A stretch of 57,372 nucleotides of DNA from a bacterium (GTDB taxonomy: Bacteria > Patescibacteriota > Minisyncoccia > Minisyncoccales > GWA2-46-15): the NCBI GenBank assembly GCA_030693425.1, contig JAUYAM010000003.1:1-57372 (forward strand). The letters run 5' to 3'. The translations under genes and the position numbers were made by a program. Shown piece after piece: positions 51,124 to 57,372 of the stretch. A model generated the notes under the pieces. That model was not told the DNA's origin. It ran no database searches and worked only from the letters and a program-made list of their open reading frames with translations. Position 1 is the first letter of the stretch. Every line of letters begins with the position of its first letter.

Positions 51124-52415
51124 AACGGCGCGATTTCTTCCCAGTCTGGAACCGGCATTTGAATCTTAAGATTATAGGTTTGGGAAGCGTTTCTGCCGGC
51201 GCTGTCTTCGATGGTCAGAGAAACGGTTTTGGTGCCGCTCTTAGTGAATTTTGTCTGAGGACTGCTGGTATTGGCAATCGGAGGCGTCGCGTCTTGAAAA
51301 ACCCAGCTCCAGGAAGTGATCGAGGCCCCTTCTGAAGCGGAAGATTGGCTCAAGAAATAAACTGTCTGGCCGGTTTTGGCTTTAAAGTTCTGACAAATTA
51401 CCCAAGTGGAATTATCAAGCGAGCATTTGAAATCGGCAATGGCGTCCTGCTTAATAGTTAGGGTTCTAGTCAAGTCATCTGTTTCGTTGAAGGCATCCTT
51501 AACAGTAAGCTTAATTTGATAATCTCCTGTACCTAGAATTGAAGACTGAACCGTATTATCGCAATCGCAAGAACCTGCTGGCGAGCCGCAGCCGGAAGAA
51601 GGACAGCTAAAATCCGGATCAGAATCAATATACCATTCCAGGCTGGTAATATTATTATCAATGTCAGCTGATCCATCATTCAGTGTCAGGTTCTCGCCTG
51701 TATAAATCGTGCAGTTTGTCGGCACGCAAGAAAAGTCAGCTACGGGCGGCTGATTGAAAGAAAAACTGGTAATCACTTTATAATTTGAGATAGGAGTACC
51801 GGCTGGAGGACAAGCGCCTATTCCTTTTGAAAATCCATTTTTATCAGGATCGCAGTTGGCTCTATTGAAAGAAACCCAGCCAATATTCATATCTGACCAG
51901 GCCCAATTCCGGAATTCAGCCGGGCTAACGATGTCATTTATCAAAACTCCATAGCTTGTATCTCTTAATCTTATCCAACCGTCCCAACCGCCACCATAAG
52001 CCAAAGCTCTTGACCAACCAGAAATTTGCTTTGTCAAAACATCTAATTTTGCCTGACAGGGAGAAGTCGGACAACCGGCCAGTTCCGACTCATTAAAAGT
52101 GAGCCAGCCAATGTTTTCTGACCAGGCATAACCTGAAAGAATTCCGGTTAAGGAATTAATATTCACTCCGTAATTATAGGTACAGCGAGGGGATGGTAAT
52201 TCGGGATTATTACAGTTAAAAGAAATCCAACCGATATTTTCCGACCAGGCCCAACCCAAAACATTGTCTTCCGTTCCCGCTTCCATCTTTCCAAAACTAA
52301 AACACAATATCAGAAAAACTATTAAAAAAATAAACCTGGTTAGAAATTTGCGATTTCCAACTTTTGCTAGTTTATAATTTAAATTTTCTAACGGGGCAAA
52401 AATTTCTTTTTTCAT
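51120..52415 (-). CDS. Secreted protein with a triple W-rich repeat and PKD domains
   Basis: Signal anchor, then GWAWSENIGWISFN / GYAWSENIGWLTFN / NWAWSDMNIGWVSFN, then two PKD-like domains (PPVADFSC..., ITSWSWVFQDATP...KSGTKTVSLTIEDSAG). Confidence 0.8.
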   Translation of the reverse strand: MKKEIFAPLENLNYKLAKVGNRKFLTRFIFLIVFLILCFSFGKMEAGTEDNVLGWAWSENIGWISFNCNNPELPSPRCTYNYGVNINSLTGILSGYAWSENIGWLTFNESELAGCPTSPCQAKLDVLTKQISGWSRALAYGGGWDGWIRLRDTSYGVLINDIVSPAEFRNWAWSDMNIGWVSFNRANCDPDKNGFSKGIGACPPAGTPISNYKVITSFSFNQPPVADFSCVPTNCTIYTGENLTLNDGSADIDNNITSLEWYIDSDPDFSCPSSGCGSPAGSCDCDNTVQSSILGTGDYQIKLTVKDAFNETDDLTRTLTIKQDAIADFKCSLDNSTWVICQNFKAKTGQTVYFLSQSSASEGASITSWSWVFQDATPPIANTSSPQTKFTKSGTKTVSLTIEDSAGRNASQTYNLKIQMPVPDWEEIAPF

Positions 52416-52419
52416 TTTT

Positions 52420-52466
52420 TTATTTCGTTAGAAACAAGCTTGCTTATTTCGTCAGAATCAAACTTG
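52420..52466. repeat. 24-bp direct repeat x2 (TTATTTCGTYAGAAWCAARCTTG) just upstream of the 51120-52415 start
   Basis: 52420-52442 and 52444-52466, 4 mismatches by eye. Confidence 0.7.
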
Positions 52467-52488
52467 TTTATTTTGGATTTTAAGAATC

Positions 52489-53715
52489 TTATGGAATTTG
52501 GTTTAAAATATAACCGCCTGTTAAATCAATCCTTCCTCCCTGCATTCTAATTTCTTTTCCAATATAAAAGACGACGGTGGCTCCGGAAGCAGCGGTTATT
52601 CTCCCTCCGCTATTCAATATCAAATTCCCTCCTACCGTTAACGCCGCTGATCCCGGGAAGGTGACGTTGTGCGAGATGGTGAAATCCAGACTTGACCGCA
52701 TATTTCCCGGAATGACGCAATTCCCAGAGGTTTGAGTATTTCCTGGATATTTTGAGGAACAGGAATTATTGTTTAAGGGGCAAACAGAGCATTCCCCGCC
52801 GGTATAACGAGTTGATTGCGTGCCGCAAGTGCTATTTCTAACGCAATCGCTATTATAATCTACCAATTGGTATCCAGTGCAAGAGTCATTGCAAGCCCCA
52901 GTAGTGGTAAAACTATGGCAAGAAGATCGGCTAAAAGCATTTGGCGTACTTGAATCCGACACATAGCATTTATTCATGGCCCAAACAAAGTAGCTATAGG
53001 TGGTATCAGCCGCAAGGCCGGTCACGTTTTTAGAACGAGTTAGAGAATCTGTTTCAAAAGACCAATGCTGCAAATAGCTGCTGCAAGTAGAACCAGAATG
53101 AAGATGAGTTTCGTACTCGCGAGCGCCACTACAAGAGCATTCTTCGCCCCAAGAGGAAAGGGCCCAATCCAAAGTCGCGGAATTGGCAGTAATATTACTG
53201 GAACCAACCGAAGACCAGACTGGCTTGGTCGTAGAGCAGCCAGGGGTATAGTCACACGTAATTGTACAGGTGCTTGGGTTAGCGACTCCTACCCAATGAT
53301 AACCCGACGCATAATAAGGGTAACCGCCCCAACCATCGCATCCGTCATAGCTACAGCTAGTAGTAACAGACCCCTCTTCAGCTGAAATCGTTACCCTAAA
53401 AGGATAACAGAGACAATCAAGGTCACTAACTGTACACGAATCATTTCCAGCTGAAATAGTGCAATCGCCAGACTCTGCCGCCCCGTCGCAAGGATACCAG
53501 TTACAATATGCGGTACAATTATTGGCATACTGCACAGAAACATCACAATCAACGCTATCTCCTGAAGCCACGTCTTCGTCAAGACGGCATCTGATTCCTG
53601 CAGTCCCGTTACAAGGGCAAGCCGCCTGAACATCTTTTTCCCCGGTTAAGGGCAAAACAAAAAGAAAACCAATAAAGAAAAAGTAAATGATTATAAGTGC
53701 TTTATTAGTCTTCAC
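52489..53715 (-). CDS. Cys-rich secreted protein with an Fn3-like domain
   Basis: 408 aa with a signal peptide, more than 35 Cys residues, and an Fn3-like segment (ITANSATLDWALSS...TGLAADTTYSYFVWAMN). Confidence 0.75.
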   Translation of the reverse strand: MKTNKALIIIYFFFIGFLFVLPLTGEKDVQAACPCNGTAGIRCRLDEDVASGDSVDCDVSVQYANNCTAYCNWYPCDGAAESGDCTISAGNDSCTVSDLDCLCYPFRVTISAEEGSVTTSCSYDGCDGWGGYPYYASGYHWVGVANPSTCTITCDYTPGCSTTKPVWSSVGSSNITANSATLDWALSSWGEECSCSGAREYETHLHSGSTCSSYLQHWSFETDSLTRSKNVTGLAADTTYSYFVWAMNKCYVSDSSTPNAFSRSSCHSFTTTGACNDSCTGYQLVDYNSDCVRNSTCGTQSTRYTGGECSVCPLNNNSCSSKYPGNTQTSGNCVIPGNMRSSLDFTISHNVTFPGSAALTVGGNLILNSGGRITAASGATVVFYIGKEIRMQGGRIDLTGGYILNQIP

Positions 53716-53719
53716 GGTT

Positions 53720-54790
53720 TTAATTAATATTAATCTCTATTTTTAAATTGTCTTTAGTCTGCTGAATGAGGCTTTCTAACGATTCGGCTGAACCGCTGAC
53801 CCTATCAATCTTTAAAAAACCGTAGGCAAAGGGCCTATGTTCATTGGAATTTGGATCTAAAATCGCTGAAAGTTCAAATATTTCACTTACCTGGTCAGAC
53901 GACAAACTTTTTATAACCTCTTTGATCTCCGGGCTAGAAAGAGATAGATCTATCAAAGCAGATTCATCAAGAATTATTGCCTGGGCGCGATCATTGAGTT
54001 CTATTATCCCTGAATCGTTATTGGCTAGCGCGGCCAAAGATATGGTTTCAACGCCCCTTTTTGCTTCTTGGTACAATTCATCTATCTTTTCTTTGGCCTT
54101 AACTTTGGGGTTAATCCCCCGATTCTTTAAATTAAAAGCTCCAGCGCTTTCAAACTTAACATAAACGAGAATCCCGGTATATCTTTGGACCAATTCTTTG
54201 TCGATTTTTTCCTTAAAAGCTCTTGTTCTGGCCCTGGCTTCCATTTCCAAATGAGAACTAAAGGGAAGCTCTTTGTAATTTTGACTAAAAGAATCTATTT
54301 TAGCTTTTTCTATCTCATTATCAGTTAAATCCAAAATGGCATAGCTTTTAACTATCTGTTCAATAATCTTTCTTTTTAAAAGAAGGTTTACAATTTCCTC
54401 TTTTTCATATTCATAGCCCTTCTTAGATATTAATGCTTTTATCTGCCAGTTTATCGGCCTATTTTTCCAAAGCATTTCTTCAAACTCCAGAACTTGATCC
54501 AATTCTTGCCAGCTAACAACTTTATCACCCACCATCATTGGATATTCTGAAGTTGACTTATGGAACTCCTTTTTTATCTCTCTGAAAACATTATCAACTG
54601 AAAAAGGTTTCTCGGGGGGAAATAAAAAATTCCCCAGATCTTTAAAGGAAAAGGAAATCAGGAAAATTGAGAAAATAAAGAAACAGAGGCCGATCAATAT
54701 CCAAAGTTTCTGATTTCTTTTGTAATTTTGGGGGCTTTCGGTCATCGATTTTAACAATCTTCGCGTTATTTTAACGCCTTTGGGCCTCAA
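53720..54790 (-). CDS. Membrane-anchored hypothetical protein, possibly a SurA/PrsA-like chaperone
   Basis: One N-terminal TM helix. The C-terminal part (SDQVSEIFELSA...FAYGFLKIDRV) weakly resembles a degenerate parvulin fold. Low certainty about function. Confidence 0.65.
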   Translation of the reverse strand: MRPKGVKITRRLLKSMTESPQNYKRNQKLWILIGLCFFIFSIFLISFSFKDLGNFLFPPEKPFSVDNVFREIKKEFHKSTSEYPMMVGDKVVSWQELDQVLEFEEMLWKNRPINWQIKALISKKGYEYEKEEIVNLLLKRKIIEQIVKSYAILDLTDNEIEKAKIDSFSQNYKELPFSSHLEMEARARTRAFKEKIDKELVQRYTGILVYVKFESAGAFNLKNRGINPKVKAKEKIDELYQEAKRGVETISLAALANNDSGIIELNDRAQAIILDESALIDLSLSSPEIKEVIKSLSSDQVSEIFELSAILDPNSNEHRPFAYGFLKIDRVSGSAESLESLIQQTKDNLKIEININ

Positions 54791-55284
54791 AATTGGACCT
54801 CAAAGGGAAAATTAAGTTTTGTTTCTTTTCCCTCTTCATTCTTTGCCAAAATCAAAATTGAATAGTGGCTTCCAGATGAAACGTCTTTAGTTTGCCAAGA
54901 GCCAAACCACCTTCCTTCCTCATTCCTTCCTTCAACCAACTTGAATCCAATTTTTTCCTTTCCTTTATTATCTGTTTCTATTTCCCCGGTCACTTCTTTT
55001 ATTCCCTTTGGATCCTTTGCCCAAATTGAAAATTTTTGGATTTCATTTAGTTTTGGTTTTAAGGGATCAACTATTAATTCCTTTTCAAAAGCCGGTCCAG
55101 GAATTTCTCCTCCGCTAACAGAAAACTTTCCCATCCTTTCAGAAGGTTTTTCAGCCGTTTCTGAAATTTCCTTCCCTTCTGGCTTTACTTGAGGAACTGA
55201 TTTAAGTTTCAGGTAAAGAACTGTTCCCAAAACCAAAATCGAGATCAAAATTAAGGCGAAAATAGTTATTCCTTTTTTTGACAT
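54787..55284 (-). CDS. Small membrane-anchored secreted protein (Ig-like?)
   Basis: 165 aa with an N-terminal TM helix. 4-nt overlap with the downstream gene. Confidence 0.7.
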   Translation of the reverse strand: MSKKGITIFALILISILVLGTVLYLKLKSVPQVKPEGKEISETAEKPSERMGKFSVSGGEIPGPAFEKELIVDPLKPKLNEIQKFSIWAKDPKGIKEVTGEIETDNKGKEKIGFKLVEGRNEEGRWFGSWQTKDVSSGSHYSILILAKNEEGKETKLNFPFEVQF

Positions 55285-55297
55285 AAGATTCTAACTT

Positions 55298-55334
55298 ATT
55301 ACGACTTACGACTTAACGACTTACGACTTACGAC
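55298..55334. repeat. Heptamer tandem array (TTACGAC)x5, one unit with an extra A
   Basis: Read directly. Overlaps the last codons and the stop of the four-helix-bundle gene. Confidence 0.85.
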
Positions 55335-55731
55335 ATGCAACCTTTAATGTCTTGCTCAATCCACCAAGTTGTTTTTTGATGCTTTCAGCTTTTTCATAAA
55401 GCTTCTGGTATTCTTCTTTCGAAATTAACTCGTTATCCAAGGCTATATCTAAACCAGCTACTACTTCATAAATTGATCCCAACCCTATTAAAATAAACCG
55501 ATTAAAATCCTTATCTGAATTTCGACCCGACCCTTCCGCTAAATTAAGTAAAATTGAAATAGCTGCTCTTCTTATTTGGGAACCTAAATCATATTGATAT
55601 TTTGTTGGAAATTTCGAGGTAATTGAAAAAATATCTTTAATGAATTTTCTAATATCGTTATAAACTGGGAATTTTTGAAATCTGAATTCTCGTTTGTTGT
55701 TAGTTGTTTGTTGCATGTTGCTAGTTATCAT
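55321..55731 (-). CDS. Four-helix-bundle protein (23S rRNA intervening-sequence protein / Avd-like family)
   Basis: FQKFPVYNDIRKFIKDIFSITSKFPTKYQYDLGSQIRRAAISILLNLAEGSGRNSDKDFNRFILIGLGSIYEV fits the family pattern (QirRAa.SI..NiAEG). The start may be M6 (55716). Confidence 0.88.
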   Translation of the reverse strand: MITSNMQQTTNNKREFRFQKFPVYNDIRKFIKDIFSITSKFPTKYQYDLGSQIRRAAISILLNLAEGSGRNSDKDFNRFILIGLGSIYEVVAGLDIALDNELISKEEYQKLYEKAESIKKQLGGLSKTLKVACRKS

Positions 55732-55816
55732 TTGTTAGTTGTCAGTTGTTTGTTGTTAGTTGTCAGTTGTTAGTTGTTAGTTGTCAGTTGTCAGTTGTAA
55801 AGTTGTTAGTTGTAGG
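55696..55816. repeat. Heptamer tandem array, about 17 units of GTTGTNA (GTTGTCA/GTTGTTA)
   Basis: Read directly. Spans the spacer 55732-55817 and the first codons of the four-helix-bundle ORF. Confidence 0.88.
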
Positions 55817-55817
55817 G

Positions 55818-57372
55818 TTAATAGTTGACTTTTATTCCCGTTAAATCTTGATCTTCGGCCAAGTTTGGCCAATCTTTGTAATCAATTCTTGGCGCCGATA
55901 ATCTGAAGGAAACCTCGCCCGCCCTTTCCCCGTAAATTATTATGGTATTTTTGCTTTTCTCATACCAAGTTTTTCCCTCAAACCCAGGAGTTAGTAAAAC
56001 CGCCACGTCTTTTATGTTTTTATTAGACACCTGCCAGAACAGCCACAAATCGGAACCAATTTCTAATTCATCGAAATTAATCGCGATTTCCGGTTGTAAG
56101 TTGTCAGTTGTAGGTTGCGAGTTGTCGGTCGTCAGTTGTAAGTTGTCAGTTGTCAGTTGTATAGTTCCGGCTGTTTCCATTCTTACTCCGCCGGCAAAAT
56201 CTGAAACATAGGTGGCATATTTCTTGCCGTTAATATCATAGACCGGGTCAATGGTCCCAACATTTAATTTTCCCCCACCACTGCTGCCAATCATAACTGC
56301 ACCACTGCCTCGAAATATCCACTGGCCACTATCAGAATCCTCTCCAAAGTAAAAATGTTTTGTCGAACCTGAAGTAGAATTGCGGTTCAAAACTCCGGCA
56401 ACAGTCGCATCCCCTGACATGAAATTTAATCGAGAATAACTGCCACCTCCATCTAATCTCAAAGATTCTCCTCCGCCATAAACGTGGAGTCTTACAACAG
56501 GACTCGCCGTGCCGATGCCGACATTGGTACCATTGTTGAAAATCAGGCTGTTTGCGATCCAATTTGTGCCATTATGCCTTAAGGTTTGGCCGGAAGTGCC
56601 AGTCGGTAGTCCGCTGGCTGGCGTAGTCCAAGTGGCTAAACCGACGGCATTTGAAGTCAAAACCTTGTTTGCGCCCGGCAAACCGCCGGTGATTTTAATT
56701 TGACCGGCAATTTCTAATTTTGCTCCCGGATTCGCCGTTCCGATGCCGACGTTGCCGGAAGTATTCCAGATGCCCGAACCCGGAAAATTGGTGTTCGCGG
56801 AAAAAGTTTGAGCACCTGTCCAGGTATTGACATTAGCAAGATTAATACCAACTGAGTCAGCAGCAACAGTCAAAGTTGAATTACCAGCAACATTGATAGT
56901 AGTAAAAGTCCCACCGGCTCCAACAGCAATTGCGCCGCCACCTCCAGTTAGCCCATTTCCAGCCGCAGGACCGGTAAGACTAACATTTCCTCGAGCTGCT
57001 GTTCCAGCAACTGAACCATAAACTACAGAGATATTATCAGCAGCCACTGAAATTCCGGTCCCCGCCCCCACATCCAAAGTAACATTCCCTGAAGTGCCTC
57101 CGCCAGTAAGTCCTGAGCCGGCACTAACTGCGGTGATGTCACCTCCTGCTGGCCAACTTGAACGGCAATCAGTATTAATACATAAACCCGAAGAGCCCCT
57201 TACATAACCTATTACATCCAATTTCTGAGTAGGCCCCGCCGTCCCGATGCCGACGTTGCCGCCTCTTAGACTAAGCGTCCTTGTATTGTCAGAATACAAA
57301 TCGAGCTGTCCACTTCCGGCCCAGTTCAATCCTGTATCGGTGTCTCCTATCGCTAATTTAATTGTTGGGTTC
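55818..57372 (-). CDS. Second GNVGIGT-repeat surface protein, 3' part only (ORF open to the window edge)
   Basis: The 'start' at 57329 is a TTG inside an open frame: upstream codons read ..NPTIKLAIGDTDTGL with no stop. Contains GNVGIGTAGP, GNVGIGTANP and TNVGIGTASP. Confidence 0.85.
   Translation of the reverse strand, partial: NPTIKLAIGDTDTGLNWAGSGQLDLYSDNTRTLSLRGGNVGIGTAGPTQKLDVIGYVRGSSGLCINTDCRSSWPAGGDITAVSAGSGLTGGGTSGNVTLDVGAGTGISVAADNISVVYGSVAGTAARGNVSLTGPAAGNGLTGGGGAIAVGAGGTFTTINVAGNSTLTVAADSVGINLANVNTWTGAQTFSANTNFPGSGIWNTSGNVGIGTANPGAKLEIAGQIKITGGLPGANKVLTSNAVGLATWTTPASGLPTGTSGQTLRHNGTNWIANSLIFNNGTNVGIGTASPVVRLHVYGGGESLRLDGGGSYSRLNFMSGDATVAGVLNRNSTSGSTKHFYFGEDSDSGQWIFRGSGAVMIGSSGGGKLNVGTIDPVYDINGKKYATYVSDFAGGVRMETAGTIQLTTDNLQLTTDNSQPTTDNLQPEIAINFDELEIGSDLWLFWQVSNKNIKDVAVLLTPGFEGKTWYEKSKNTIIIYGERAGEVSFRLSAPRIDYKDWPNLAEDQDLTGIKVNY
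56093..56162. repeat. The same heptamer family (GTTGTNA x10) inside coding sequence
   Basis: Encodes QLTTDNLQLTTDNSQPTTDNLQ. Read directly. Confidence 0.85.

Noticed and set aside
55321-55731. Diversity-generating retroelement, inferred from the Avd-like four-helix-bundle protein
   Set aside because: No reverse transcriptase ORF is in the window and no template/variable repeat pair was seen. The long repeats in the giant gene (24393 / 27003) differ by all substitution types, not adenine-specific ones.
1-57372. Alternative genetic code (UGA recoding, as in some CPR lineages)
   Set aside because: All conserved genes (rpoB, rpoC, ligA, ftsK and the 10-kb ORF) are intact and full-length under the standard code, so there is no need to invoke recoding.

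Overview
57.4-kb window, about 43% GC by eye. Every gene except rpsR is on the minus strand. The gene content suggests a small-genome, CPR/Patescibacteria-like bacterium; this is inference, not a database hit.

Gene content, in order:
- Core genes: rpsR, recA, ftsK, rpoC, rpoB, then two tandem Wzy-like/TPR membrane proteins.
- A competence block: comFC, dprA, comM, yraN.
- A giant fibre protein of about 3,480 aa, with about 24 'GNVGIGTT' repeats and a phage-tail-fibre-type C-terminal chaperone domain.
- A surface-protein and glycosylation island: GT2, GT4, two methyltransferases, a DUF2723/PMT-like GT-C enzyme, a polyprenol-P-mannose synthase, a DUF916/DUF3324-like protein and two paralogous secreted proteins.
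- A SEDS protein and ligA.
- A minor-pilin operon (FimT/GspH-, PilV-, PilW- and PilX-like) with large secreted PKD and Cys-rich proteins.
- An Avd-like four-helix-bundle gene, and the 3' part of a second GNVGIGT-repeat gene that runs off the window.

The most unusual content is non-genic:
1. A 115-bp hairpin element family is flanked by TT(T/C)AC direct repeats spaced exactly 117 bp apart. Two copies sit in frame inside the G-F-T prepilin cleavage motif of adjacent pilin genes. A third copy is intergenic, with a covarying terminal stem. A 157-bp relative abuts the rpoB start.
2. Two different IS200-like Y1/HUH (RAYT-like) transposase genes each carry their own cognate perfect palindrome upstream, downstream and in frame inside the ORF, in the same orientation pattern.
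3. A third palindrome family (AAAGGAGCTWAGCTCCTTT) is scattered through the competence operon, including inside coding sequence.
4. Several intergenic spacers are built from short tandem motifs (7-10 nt), some followed by their inverted copies.
5. A perfect 128-bp tandem repeat lies at the window start.

No rRNA, tRNA, CRISPR array or cas gene was seen.
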